Below are positions 16,835-32,146 of a stretch of 64,000 bases of DNA, one piece after another. The translations under genes were made by a program, and so were the position numbers. Each line of letters starts with the position of its first letter. Within the stretch, counting starts at the first letter, position 1. The notes under the pieces are model-generated. The model was not told the DNA's origin. It worked only from the letters and a program-made list of their open reading frames with translations, and did no database searches. The stretch covers positions 1-64,000 of the forward strand of contig CAXHJY010000858.1 in the NCBI GenBank assembly GCA_964016885.1, given 5' to 3'. The stretch is from Eledone cirrhosa. Taxonomy: Eukaryota.

Positions 16835-17499
16835 TGTGATGTGTGTGTGGAAGGACTGTATGAACGCTTCTGATAGTGGTATCAGATTGGTTTCATGAGG
16901 GCCAGCAGTAATTGAAATGAAATTATTAAGAGGAGGTGATAGAGGTAGGTATATGAAACATATAACGTGACATCTTCTGTCAGGTGTGGCAAGAAATGAT
17001 AAGTGGTGAGATGGTTTTCACGATAACACAACGGCAAGATTGTTATGGCGATGAAAAGTGATGATAATGAAGATGAGGACGATTAGAAAGAAATAGAAAA
17101 GTAGAGAAGAATAAGAAAAAAATGATGGTGGTGTGGGGAAAGAAAGAAGGATAAGGGGAAAGGGACATGAGAAGGGCGATGACGATGATGATGATGAGAA
17201 AACCAATTAGAAGGGGCCGGTGACAAGTAAATATTAGTAATTATTACCTGATGACATCGACAATGATGTCTCTATCAGGTGAGTTCATTGGAATAGAAAT
17301 ATCTTATTTAGGCACAAAACCAATGACTTTAGAGGTCGGGTACAGTGGAGGAGGTGGCGGCGGCGTGACTGAGACCCCAGCGGCGTGATGCCCCTGATGT
17401 TAGAGTTAGAGAAAACTCTCTCTACATCCCTTATTGTCATACATTTTACAAGGATTCTGACTTAAGGCAATGGAGAGACTGATATCAAATGAATTCTCA

Positions 17500-17503
<4 letters not shown>

Positions 17504-17588
<85 letters not shown>

Positions 17589-17960
17589 GTATCTACACAC
17601 GTATACACACAAATATATATATATATATACACACGTATAAACACAAATATATATATATATACACACGTATACACACAAATATAGATATACACATATATAG
17701 ACAAATATGTATACACACAAATATATATACACACAAATATATATACACGCACGTATATAGACAAATATGTATACACACGTATACATACAAATATATATAC
17801 ACGCACGTATATAGACAAATATGTATACACACGTATACATACAAATATATATACACGCACGTATATAGACAAATATGTATACACGCACGTATATACACAA
17901 ATATATATACACGCACGTATATAGACAAATATGTATACACACGTATACATATAAATATAC

Positions 17961-18018
<58 letters not shown>
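17504..18018. repeat. (CA)n, ~54-bp minisatellite and (TA)n compound repeat
   Basis: ATATAGACAAATATGTATACAC recurs at 54-60 bp spacing between about 17695 and 17945. Confidence 0.9.
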
Positions 18019-18025
<7 letters not shown>

Positions 18026-18249
18026 TCAAAGGGCTAATTGTCTGGTTATAATTAAAACTTGTAAAATCCTTCGAGATTTGTTTATTAAATCAGGTGTAAC
18101 TTTACAAGTTCTCACAAGACTAGATTCATTGCCATTCCTCTACTACAGCTTCCCTGTGTGGTCGCCATTAATATCCGCGTTTATTAATCAACACACCTCC
18201 CCTCCTCCATCTCACCACCACCTCTCAGTTTTAGTGTCACACCCACTGT

Positions 18250-18474
18250 CTCTCTTTCTTTCTCTTCGTCTGTCCTCATCTCTCTCTCTCTCTTTCTCTT
18301 CGTCTGTCCTCATCTCTCTCTCTCTCTCTCTTCGTCTGTCCTCATCTCTCTCTCTCTCTTTCTCTTCGTCTGTCCTCATCTCTCTCTTTCTCTTTGTCTG
18401 TCCTCATCTCTCTCTCTTTCTTTCTCTTCGTCTGTCCTCATCTCTCTCTCTTTCTTTCTCTTCGTCTGTCCTCA

Positions 18475-18511
<37 letters not shown>
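18250..18511. repeat. Minisatellite TCTTCGTCTGTCCTCA with variable (CT)n
   Basis: Seven visible copies of the core separated by CT runs. Confidence 0.92.
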
Positions 18512-18512
<1 letters not shown>

Positions 18513-18747
18513 ACATTTATCACCACTCTTTCTTCCTTTCTTTCACTTTCTCCTTTACCATTATATTTCACAGTTGTTTTCTTGTTATTTTAAACTCTCC
18601 TTCCTTCTCCATTTGACACTAACTAGGTCTTGCCTAATGTCTAATCTCTTGTGTTACATACACTAACACACACATATACATACATGCACAAATATATATT
18701 GGGAAATGCTGTATGTAATTGAATATATATAATCTATCCCTCACTCT

Positions 18748-18960
18748 CTCCCCACTGTCTCTCCCCACCTCTCTTCCACTGCCTCTCCCCACCTCTCTTC
18801 CACTGTCTCTCCCCACCTCTCTTCCACTGCCTCTCCCCACCTCTCTTCCACTGCCTCTCCCCACCTCTCTTCCACTGTCTCTCCCCACCTCTCTTTCTCT
18901 TCCACTGTCTCTCCCCACCTCTCTTTCTCTTCCACTGTCTCTCCGCACCTCTCTCTCTCC
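18748..18960. repeat. 24-bp minisatellite CCACTG(T/C)CTCTCCCCACCTCTCTT
   Basis: About 8 direct copies, the last ones lengthened. Confidence 0.95.
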
Positions 18961-19057
18961 CTCTCAGGTATGTATAAATATGCATGCAAAACGTAAGCAG
19001 AGACAACAGTACAATGAAGAAATATATCGGTTTAACGCTTGATATAGTAGGACAAGA

Positions 19058-19090
19058 GACTTAACGTTTCAGACACTAGTCCTTCATCGG
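19058..19090 (-). other. Degenerate minimal hammerhead-ribozyme-like motif (Penelope-type)
   Basis: Minus strand reads CCGATGA-A-GGAC-TAGT-GTCT-GAAAC-GTTAA-GTC. The core has C in place of U4 and there is no clear stem I. Confidence 0.4.
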
Positions 19091-19614
19091 GTGAAAGAGA
19101 GTGAGAAGAGGAAAGAACATTACATATATATATATACACCCACACAGTTAGATAAACCAAGTTTTCTTTAACTATGTTTATTCTTTTACGAAGATGCCGA
19201 TTGCTTTCGCTAATCACGTGACTGATGGTACATCGAGCTGTTTCAAAACTCATGAATATATCTTATCTGGCATACAGATCAAAAATGTATAGAAGATAAC
19301 ATTTTTGAAATTCTAAATAGCATGTAGCATAGATTATTACCTGGTGTATATTTGGATAGGAAAGCATATTTAATGTGTAAATGTTTGTAGACGAGGTTAC
19401 ATTGCTTTTGAGAAATATAGGACACATTTCAACCACGGCACATATTGGGGGGATCACGTAAACCTAACTTTGATATACAATAACTTATACTTTAGCAGGA
19501 AACATGTTTAGGGTTTCTGTTGAGTGTTTGTGGACTTGTCGACTGATTGGGGCAATGACGGTCTTATTTACATATGCGTACATATATATAGTGTAATAAT
19601 AAATGTGAAGACTA

Positions 19615-19769
19615 AAATCCGAAGAGGGCTCGATAAGGAACGCCCCTTCACGAACTTGAAATATGTTCTGCGTCCACAGATTGATTTTTTTTTTTAGTTT
19701 CAGAAGATCCCGTTAAGGATGAAAGCAGCGAATCTTGCTTAAACTATAATCTGTTATTTTAATTAATAA

Positions 19770-19775
<6 letters not shown>
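19615..19775 (+). mobile_element. Penelope-like terminal remnant
   Basis: CCGAAGAGGGC..GCCC and CAGAAGATCCCGTTAAGGATGAAAG motifs. The second is homologous to 7570-7645 (minus). Confidence 0.4.
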
Positions 19776-19818
<43 letters not shown>

Positions 19819-21447
19819 TGTGTGTGTGTGTGTGTACAACTATAGTTACAAATGGTTCGTTGATAATCACACACATAATCTACAGTGCTGAGACCGAAGA
19901 GATCACTAATAATGGGAGTAGTCTATGCGTTGGGAGAGGCAGAGTGGGTGTGTGTATATATATATGTGTGTGTGAGATATATGATGATAAATATACTCAC
20001 CTACACACACGTGTGTGTATGTACACGTATGCGTTTATTTTTATGAGGAAAAGAATAAAACGCCCAATACACGTCTATATAGACAAGGTCGGCATATCAA
20101 AAGCAAATTATTTCTAATTCGTTATAAAAATAGAGATTTAATGCAGGGAACTCTGTGTATAATTCCCAGTAAATAAGCACTATTTTGATATTATATAAGG
20201 CCAATTTAGTTTCCTTTTCTAGTTGAATGTTTTTAGGAGTTGTAAAACGTTTAAATGCACGTGATAGGAAGTTACATCTATAATAAAATATTATGTCCAT
20301 AAAAGTCGAATAAAAACTGCCCTCGTGTTAAATACTCTTCTCGATGGGTGAAGTGTGTTAACGTGATGGTTACATTTCCTCAAAGATTCGGCTAATTTTA
20401 TTATACCATATCAGTGTTTAAAATAGTAATAACGAATATATATATTCATTGATACAATTTTAATAAAGTGCATATATATATATATATCAGTAGATTTGTG
20501 GTTTACATAGGAAGATAAAATATTAGCAAGCTATGGTGTATATATATTGTATATATGTAGTATATAGTGTGTGTATATATATATTTAACATATATGGAGG
20601 TGGGTGCTAGTGTGAGAAGGTAAGTATGTGCTTTTGGTATGTATGTGTGTGTGTTTATGGATGAACACATGCAGTAGAGTTCCTCCAATCCACTTCATGT
20701 TTATCGAGAATTTTAAGAAGCTTTGAACAAAATATATATTTACGATATATTTGCACTGTATTTTCATATTTTCTCTGGTAAAAACACGTACAAGCGCGGG
20801 CGCATGTAGATTTATGTATGTATACACATAAATATATACATATATATATAATTAAGATAGACACACATTTATTTATATATATATTAATAAAAAAAAAATG
20901 AATATATATATATATATATCCACATGTGTATAGACACACATACACATATGTATCTATATATATATATATACACACACATGTATGTATAGGCTCACATACA
21001 CATTTATATAGTATAAGGAGAAATTGTTGAAGCTACGAGGGAAAAAAAACTATTTATATTTCAGTGTGCAAAGATTGCCAACGCTGTAACTGATCTAGAC
21101 AAACCGCTTATCTTTTAAATGATGCATTTTACTGGAACCAAGCTGGGCAGGTAAAACGTCGCTCTTCTACTAACAACTTAAAATAGCTGAAGCGATAATA
21201 CTTATATATATTTTGTATTTATATATATATATATATATATAGGTACGTATATCTATACAAAAATTTCTAGAGTTTAAGATACGGAAGAAGGAAACTCAAT
21301 CCATAACAGAGAAAGAATATGTATATAATACTTTATTCGAAGGTATACCTATTGGTGTGTATTAATATTTCTGTGCTAAGACACTTGTGAATATACTAGT
21401 CACTGGTGTTCCTCCTGTCTCAATTTCAACTATTAACCGATTATGTA

Positions 21448-21490
<43 letters not shown>

Positions 21491-21519
21491 ATATATACAT
21501 TTTGGGTGGGGACGCCCTG

Positions 21520-21578
<59 letters not shown>

Positions 21579-21830
21579 GAGGGGGAGAAATGTAGTTTGA
21601 AGGTTTACTTTTAGAGTGAGAATTCTGTATTATATTAGACGCTGGAGCTTTTTGAATCGTTACTCGGCAAGTTCACGTTACCGTTTATTCAAACCACTGA
21701 ACACGCTATGAAACCAGTTGTACTGATGCGAGAAACTAGCTTCAAATAAGATAATATATACATATATACATATACACACGCACACATACGCGCACAGACA
21801 CGCACATATATTTATATATATATATATATA

Positions 21831-22000
21831 TAGGATAAAGTATGACCCTGACGGCAGAGCTCAAGTCGTTTCTGTAGTCGAGCAATAGCCGTCGAAACCA
21901 CTTGAGCTCTGCCGTCGGGGTCATACTTTTTCCTACTACCCTAGGTATTGAGTACTCTGGTGCGTTATGGTCCATCTGGTTCCTTACCACAACTCCTTCG
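21831..22000. mobile_element. Repeat with 42-bp inverted arms (possible Penelope-type inverted end)
   Basis: Arms 21831-21872 and 21894-21935 match at 39/42 with a 21-nt loop. A homolog lies at 8382. Confidence 0.6.
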
Positions 22001-22029
<29 letters not shown>

Positions 22030-22037
<8 letters not shown>

Positions 22038-22156
22038 ATATGCATGTATATATATATATATATACATGTATATATGTATATACATATATACATAATATGC
22101 ATGTATATATATATATACATGTATATATATATATACATATATACATAATATGCATG

Positions 22157-22190
<34 letters not shown>

Positions 22191-22437
22191 CATATATACA
22201 TAATATGCATGTATATATATATATATATATCTATATATATATATATACATGCATACATAATATGCATGTATATATATAAATATATATATATACATAATAT
22301 GCATATATATATATATATATATATACATACATACATACTATGCATGTATATATATATATATATATATATATACATACGTACATAATATGCATGTATATAT
22401 ATATACATACATACATAATATGCATGTATATATGTAT

Positions 22438-22521
<84 letters not shown>

Positions 22522-23472
22522 GTATATATATATGTATATATATATATATATGTATATATGTATATATATATATATATATGTATATGTATATATATGTATT
22601 TGTATATATGTATTTGTATATATGTATTTGTATATGTATATATATGTATATGTATATATATGTATTTGTATATATGTATTTGTATATATATATTTGTATA
22701 TATATATATGTAAATATATATATATACATACAGACATACATACATACATAATATGCATGTATATGGTGGCTGCCAACTCGTTTTCGAGTACGGCCACTAC
22801 TTTATATCCATGTAGGAGAATCCCTACCGATGCGCTGAACGAGTGTGACTTTTTAGTCCAGCCAGCGTCTTGAAAACTCTGGTACAAACACTACAGTTGT
22901 GCCAATTATTGACACATAGTGCTGGGCCCATGGTACCATGTGACGACAAGTGCAGAGAGATCTCCAGATATAAAGCAATGCCTGTGCCGTGAAGCTTTTA
23001 TAGTGAGCAAAGGCACTGCACAAAGCCAGTCCCACTCTCTTAACCAAGATGATATTTACCAAAAAGAATAACAAGTCAACATCATTGGATACCATCAGGG
23101 TTGCAGGTGTTATATCAGAGTTTTACTTTTCCTAGAATTCTGTTCTTGACAAAGACTAAGGGGTCATCTCTCTCGGTGATTTTGGATGGCAATTGACTCT
23201 TAAGATGTCCTTTGACAGGTTTTGTTTTTAGTCCTGCAGGATGTCCAAAGTCACCCTCCTCACCAAGAAACCTTGGTGGGGTTGCCAGTTTAGACGCCAA
23301 CGACCCGACCATGGGACAGGTTGTACTGGGATACATGTTACCAGTAGCACCAACTGGTGACATATATATATATATATACATAATATGCATGTATATATAT
23401 ATATATAGATATATATATATATACATAATATGCATGTATATATATATATATATATATATATACATAATATGC

Positions 23473-23513
<41 letters not shown>

Positions 23514-23561
23514 ATATGCATGTATATATATATATATATATATACATACATAATATGCATG

Positions 23562-23593
<32 letters not shown>

Positions 23594-23683
23594 CATACAT
23601 AATATGCATATATATATATATATATATATATACATACATAATATGCATATATATATATATATATATATACATACATAATATGC

Positions 23684-23714
<31 letters not shown>

Positions 23715-23759
23715 CATAATATGCATATATATATATATATATATACATACATAATATGC

Positions 23760-23792
<33 letters not shown>

Positions 23793-23802
23793 CATAATAT
23801 GC

Positions 23803-23835
<33 letters not shown>

Positions 23836-23845
23836 CATAATATGC

Positions 23846-23878
<33 letters not shown>

Positions 23879-23888
23879 CATAATATGC

Positions 23889-23919
<31 letters not shown>

Positions 23920-23929
23920 CATAATATGC

Positions 23930-23962
<33 letters not shown>

Positions 23963-24008
23963 CATAATATGCATATATATATATATATATATATACATAT
24001 ACATAATA

Positions 24009-24048
<40 letters not shown>

Positions 24049-24058
24049 CATAATATGC

Positions 24059-24095
<37 letters not shown>

Positions 24096-24105
24096 CATAA
24101 TATGC

Positions 24106-24140
<35 letters not shown>

Positions 24141-24154
24141 AATACATAATATGC

Positions 24155-24243
<89 letters not shown>

Positions 24244-24296
24244 CATGATATGCATGTATATATATATATATATATATACATACATACATAATATGC

Positions 24297-24332
<36 letters not shown>

Positions 24333-24372
24333 GCATATTATGTATGTATGTATATATATATATATATATACA

Positions 24373-24416
<44 letters not shown>

Positions 24417-24510
24417 CATACATACATGATATGCATGTATATATATATATATACATACATACATAATATCCATATATATATATATACATACATACATAAT
24501 ATGCATGTAT
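22030..24510. repeat. Array of CATAATATGCA(TG) motifs separated by variable (TA)n
   Basis: About 34 copies, interrupted by a unique insertion at 22763-23361. One copy is inverted near 24328-24352. Confidence 0.93.
22763..23361 (-). mobile_element. Internally deleted RTE-type element (5'-UTR-like part joined to 3' end)
   Basis: Minus strand has RTE-5'UTR-like GGTGAGGAGGGTGACTTTGGACATCCTGCAGGACTAAAAACAAAACCTGTCAAAGG, then [23 protein letters not shown] (22895-22824) and the 3' end GGCCGTACTCGAAAACGAG. Confidence 0.7.
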
Positions 24511-25018
24511 ATATATGTATATATATACATACATATACACCTATATACAAAAATGTACTGTGCACACAGACAAAAATACGTATTTATTTATCTATATATA
24601 TATATATACTTAGTGTGTGTGTGCGTGTGCGCGTACAATAATTTTCGCCTCCCTACGATGATAAGGATGTTGGCTATCACAATGATGGCAAGATTTATAA
24701 TGATGATGATGACGATGATGATGTAGGAATATAGGAGCTATGACAATGATGATGATGGTGGCGATGCAGGTGATAGTGTTTATCTGCTGAAGTCGTTAGT
24801 GTTGTTATTATAGGCCTCCTACATGGTGTAAAATGTTTTGCTATAATATTTTCATTGAAAATAGAAGAGTCGAATTTACAACAATTGTAAGGGGAGATGG
24901 GAGGCTGGGTTAACTATTGTGCTGGCATATATGGTTATGGACAGATGGCATTAGATACTTCGCCTGAAACTATATATACATAGAGATAGATAGATATTTG
25001 TATGTATGTGTGTGTGTA

Positions 25019-25056
<38 letters not shown>

Positions 25057-25057
<1 letters not shown>

Positions 25058-25387
25058 TGGTAAACGGAATAGAAAATGCTGACAAATTGTTCACAGTGAA
25101 AAATAGTTTAATTAGGAATAAGTGAGAATTAGTAATTGTATTGGTTAGTATTCAGTTTTGGTTTTAAGTTTTTCCTTTTCAAAAATAATTTTGAGATAGA
25201 GCGTCCGTGATGTTTGCTCTGATCAGAGCAAACATCACGGACGCTCTATCTCAAAATTATTTTTGAAAAGGGAAAACTTAAAACCAAAACTGAATACTAA
25301 CCAATACAATTACTAATTCTCACTTATTCCTAATTAAACTATTTTTCACTGTGAACAATTTGTCAGCATTTTCTATTCCGTTTACCA

Positions 25388-25388
<1 letters not shown>
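25057..25388. repeat. Zero-spacer palindrome with 166-bp arms
   Basis: Centre CTCTGA|TCAGAG at 25222/25223. One mismatch seen and no indels. Flanked by (TA)n on both sides. Confidence 0.97.
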
Positions 25389-26624
<1,236 letters not shown>

Positions 26625-26839
26625 GGTGTCCTGGGGGCTTAGTTGGCAAGATAGTTGGATATTCTAAATTACATGTTGTAGTTAGGGGTTCAATTTCTGG
26701 CAGTTTGTAGAATATATTTTCCTGGTCGTGCTACTAAGTTGCACATGGCCTGGAACAACACAGGCCGAAACCTATCGAAGTTATCTCTCTCTCTGTCTTT
26801 GCCCTTCACCCTACGGAGCTTCAACTTCCTACATAGTCA

Positions 26840-26985
26840 TTTCAAATCCCTCAGTATTCATCAGCTTTGTCCACCTACCTGGATCGATAAAATAGAACAC
26901 CAATTAACTACTGCCGTATACATAAGACTTCCCACCCCACCCCAAATTTCTAACGTTGTACCGACGTTGGAAAGAAGTATTAATC
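26840..26985 (+). mobile_element. Degraded SINE family A
   Basis: TTCAAATCCC, GGATCGATAAAATAG, GACTTCCCACCCCACCCCAAATTTC. Confidence 0.55.
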
Positions 26986-27542
26986 TCTACAAAATTAACA
27001 ACTAGTAACATTCCCAAATTTTCTTTCAAATTAAATGAAGATAAATTGGTTACAAATCTAATAATTTATTTAATTGATTTTCATTTTTCGGTCTATTTTG
27101 TAAGTAATTCATGCCTTTATATTATCACACATATATATATTTTTTTTTAATAAGAATTTTCAGTGTTCAATTCAAGTTATATTAAAAACATTTCAATTTT
27201 TTTCATCACGCGGAAACTCATCAAAGACAATATATTACGACTAAAATTTAATAAGTTTTTGCTCATTCTGTTTTTTCGGTTTCGTGGGTTTTATTTTAAA
27301 TATTATTAATTCTGCAATAAGTGATCCTTTTCGTTTAGTGAACCAGATATTTTTTCATTATAATAAATGCAATTTAATCTTACAATTTTATAGTTTGATT
27401 TCAATTTATTTTTTTCATAAATACAATTATCTTAAAATTATAAAATCATAATTACAAATATAAAAATAATCTAGTCGTTAAACTTAAATTTATATAGAAC
27501 AGAATAACTACATATATTTTGTATGTTTGGTATGTATAGACG

Positions 27543-27803
27543 CGTAACTCACGAGGGAGCCATACGGGCGCCGTGTTGGTGTGCGGCATTTCTAGGGCAT
27601 TTTTTTAGAAACCTGGCCAAGACCGTCTCCTTTCCAGGTCTGAATACAACAGATATCTTCTAGATAAGAATAGAGAGAGTGAGAGAATGGAAATAAGAAA
27701 CAGATATAGAGGAAGAATCGACCCCAGTACTAGACTGGTACTTTTATATCGACCTTGAATAGATGGAAGGTAAAGTTGACCTCAGCGGGATTTGAACTCG
27801 GAG
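27543..27803 (-). mobile_element. SINE family A' (5' truncated)
   Basis: GAGTTCAAATCCCGC B-box, GTCGATATAAAAGTACCAG core and the shared long tail. Confidence 0.75.
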
Positions 27804-29259
27804 AACATTTAATATTTGGGGAGTGAAATATTATATGTTTTATAACTACATAGACTTACAAAAGTAACAGCTCTAGAATCCAATGTATTTATGTCGATCA
27901 AGTAAAACTAGTAAAGTGTTGGCCAGGATGTATCTTGTATCGGATTATGATGAGTATTCCAGTCTTCTGATAAAGGAAATTGCTTCCTCATTGTAGTGTT
28001 GAATAATTTCAAGTGCATTCCAAGGATACGTGTACCCTATTGTAAAGTTTGGATAGATTTCGTGTGTATGACAAAGCTGAGCCCTAACAGAACAGATAGT
28101 TCATATTACGCACTTCCTGAATTCCCCTCTAAAGATTTTTTATCACAGAGCGTAGAGCCATATGGGGGCCTGTGGTAACATATACTTGCCCAATGTGCCA
28201 TACCCTGGTTCTAGTTGAACTTCAGAGTGAAAGAAGAAAAAGGAGAGTTCAAATCAGATCCTAGCGAAGTTGATACTCTAACGACCCTGACATTACACAC
28301 ACCTCCACAGTGACGAAAGACAATAAGCTATTCCACATAGGAATGACAGTGTTAAAACCCTTATCCCTATTATATTTCTATTGATGTATCAAATCACCTT
28401 TTTATATAATGCCGTCGGATTTATCGACCAAACTCTAACATTTCTAAATTGGTTCTATATGATTTTTCTTTAGTTGGGGGCTGAATATATTTTTTAAATT
28501 ACTCCATTTTAACTACAGAAATTTATTTTACGTTCTTATATATTATTAATTATTCTTGTATGTAGCCGTTAGTGTTAAACAGTATCATTTTCTTGTTTAT
28601 TTCTGTTAGATTAATATATTTTATTTAGAAATCTATTTAAGTTTTTCGCCTCTCTTCATTCGTTAAATTTGAATAAACGAAATAAACAAACAAAACAAAT
28701 GAAATAGATAAATGAATAAAAAAAATAGATAAATAATGAAATAAACTCATCTTAAAGTGAATCCTCAAGATTTACGCGTTCACCCTCAATTGAGTGTTTT
28801 TGTGTATTTATTAATCTATTTATTCTTTCATTTATTTACAGCATCATTCCTTTTGTTTTCTATCTTGTTTTTAGTCTTCCATTCGTGCTTTCTTTAACCA
28901 AATGATTTCTCCCTTATTTCTTTTCTTATTTTCTGTTTTATTTTCTAATTGAAATCAGGGATTTTGTTTTGCTTAATTTCTGTTAGTTTTACTTGAGATA
29001 TTTTCATTTAAATATTAGTTCTCTTGCAATTCATAAACTACATTCCAAGTAGCAATTTGAGAGGAAAGAAACTCCGAAAGCCTTAGTTTAAAATATCTGA
29101 TATGCACAAAGAATATATATATCAAATACTACAAATTCAAATATATATACATACAAATGCACTCGCACTGAAGTACATGCATTCAACTACAAAATCAAAG
29201 ACGCACATACACACGCATATATATATATATATATTCGGATGTAGTTGGCGGCTAAGACC

Positions 29260-29368
29260 AATGAGTACCCAATACCGAAGTAGAGTTTAAATATTCATTT
29301 TATTAAGGCCAAATAGTGAGTCTCGTTTCTCTGAGGTTTCGTCTGCTTATGACAGGGTCATCTAGAGT
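29260..29368 (-). mobile_element. Penelope-like terminal remnant, homologous to 33409-33515
   Basis: Shares ATGAGTAC.CAATAC..AAGTAGA.TTTAAATATTCATTT with the 33409 copy. Minus strand has GATGA-CCCTGTC..GACGAAAC. Confidence 0.45.
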
Positions 29369-30821
29369 AACAAGAAACACTGCAGAGCCTTGATAAAATG
29401 AATATTTAAACTTATATATATATATTATATCTCCTAAGACATCACTATTGTAAGTTGTATTCAAATGCTGCTAGAAATAGCGGGAAGTGTCCCTCAAATA
29501 ACCATCGACTCACAAAAGAGGAAAGTTTTGTTACATGTTACCTAATATAGTCCTAATTACTTGTGAAGTGTCTAAAGTCAAAAGTTAAGGTTGTCACGGT
29601 CAGAACGTCTTTAACACGAGCTTACACAAGAACAATAGCAACAACATTTACCAATGTCAGTAAATGCAAATTATTTTGTGCAGCATAACCGCCACAATAA
29701 AGGGTCGCTTCTCTAATATTGTAACAGATTAATATAGAATTGTTGAAGACCACCACTTTGTTTCCTCTACAAGAATGTTACGATATTTAAACAGAAATAG
29801 GCTTAGGCAAGCTATTCATTCAGTACGAAGTTTCTCTTTAAATCAATAATGAGAATTAGCCTTTTTGCTTGATATACAAAAGTTTAATAATAAGTTTTCT
29901 TAACTGTCCATAGTGTTATTTCATTAACGAGTGAACCGGATTTCTTTAATACCCGAGAGATTTTAAACTGAACGTAATATCATGTTACCATTTCTGTTTC
30001 TTCCGATCTAATCACTTATGCCATTCTTTGTGCCATTTGATAATATATGCATCACTTCACAGAATAAGAATCTATAAATTGATTATTTTTATCGCTTCTT
30101 TCCGAGAAGTTGTTTGTTCCTAGTAAGTGCGAATTTCAATATCTATCATTAATTATTACACTGCACTAGAATAGTGATGTTATATATCTTTTCTGAGAGG
30201 GGAAACGAGTTTGTCAGTCAAAGATATTCAGTATAATGTCATAGATTTTATTGATATATACTGTATATACTTATATCAATAACGCGAACGTGTTACTCTC
30301 ACAGAGACATTTAGACAAGTGTCAAATCTTAGCTGCCATATAAAGACACTAGAAATTCATTCGTTAGCATTTCATTACGACAAAAATAGTTATATATTTG
30401 CATATAGACATGAGGCCCATATTTGATAAATTGTCGGAGAGAATATACTTGTTGCTGTTTTATAGAGATTGACATGTGTGTAATATATCAGACAAGGTAA
30501 GTAATCATAAGAAAACTTTGGAAAATTCTCTTAGTAATGGTTGTCCATAGCAACAGAGAAATTGTGAAGTATCTTCCAATTTACGGAATAAGATGTAAAG
30601 GTTTTATGTCGAGAATGAAAGTGCAATTGTTTTATGTGATTCAACATAAATACCAATGATATTCATTGCAATATCATTGGTCCTTTGTGAGTTCATAAAT
30701 AATACTTTTAAAGACTGACATAATGGGATCTTGTGAAAATCATGATTTTCCCTCTCTTGGAGGTAAACGTGTTAACCACACTATTGTTTATTTCCTGTTG
30801 TGTTATCAGTCTCGACATATA

Positions 30822-31195
30822 ACTATACACTATATATATATATATATATATACACTACACATATATATATATATACACTACATATATATATATATATATA
30901 TACACTACACATATATATATATACACTACACATATATATATATACACTACACATATATATATATACACTACATATATATATATATATATACACACTACAT
31001 ATATATATATATACACTACATATATATATATATATATATATACACTATATATATATATATATATATATACACTACATATATATATATACTACACATATAT
31101 ATATATATACATTACACATATATATATATATACATTACACACATATATATATATATACACTACACATATATATATATATATACACTGCACATATA
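30822..31195. repeat. Array of TACACTACA motifs separated by variable (TA)n
   Basis: About 15 copies of tacactac(a)cata. Confidence 0.9.
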
Positions 31196-31395
31196 TATTA
31201 TCATATACACCCACGCCGTATCTCTCTTGTTATTTATCTTAGACACACACACGCATAATGTATATGTGTGCGTGTGTTTGTATCTATGTAAGTATGTGTA
31301 TTCTACGCTATCACTGTCACTTTGTGTATGTGTGTGTTTGTATTTAAATGTTTCTATGTATTTATGTAAATATATGTATATTCTCTCTCTATATA

Positions 31396-31428
<33 letters not shown>

Positions 31429-32084
31429 CTCCCTCTCTAAATCTCTCTATATATAAATCTCTCTCTCTCTCTATGAGAATCCAACAGTCTAAGTTAGAAT
31501 ATACTCACCAAAATTACTCCCGATGTATAAATGAACTCTAAACCTGACCTTCATGAGACAAACATGTCCACCACACACGGTTGACTGTATCTATTGTTTA
31601 TCATATAAATCACACCATCTTATGTTTTCATACAAAGGTATTTGATGTAATCCAGTTAGTTAAATTATACTATATCACAACATTAAAATAAGTGTTCTTT
31701 ATAAAGACTATATCTTCAATTTTATCAGTCATATTTTTTTACACACCATTGTCTTCAATATATAGAGGAAATAAAGGCCACCATTTTGTATTTTTTTGGA
31801 GACGTTGAAAAATATGTTGAATGATCACGACATTCTGAGAATTAGAAAAGTTCTATATCGATGGAATTCTTCGACCTGTGTAATTGATTCTTTAAACTGT
31901 CTGTTTTATGTTTTGCGTGGGTTGTTTTGTCCTTTTTTTTTTCATCCAATTAGTTTTGGGATTTCAGAAATCTTTTTTAGTAAATAAGAGATTACTAAAT
32001 CCTTTCCTGATCGTGACAATTTACAATGAACCGAGGAGAGTGGTGTTCATATGTGTGTGTGTCTATATATATACATATGAGCAC

Positions 32085-32146
<62 letters not shown>

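Noticed and set aside
22824-22895. Host C2H2 zinc-finger gene exon
   Set aside because: It is a single finger without TGEKP linkers, with an in-frame stop shortly upstream and a LINE-like 3' end shared with 12740-13040.
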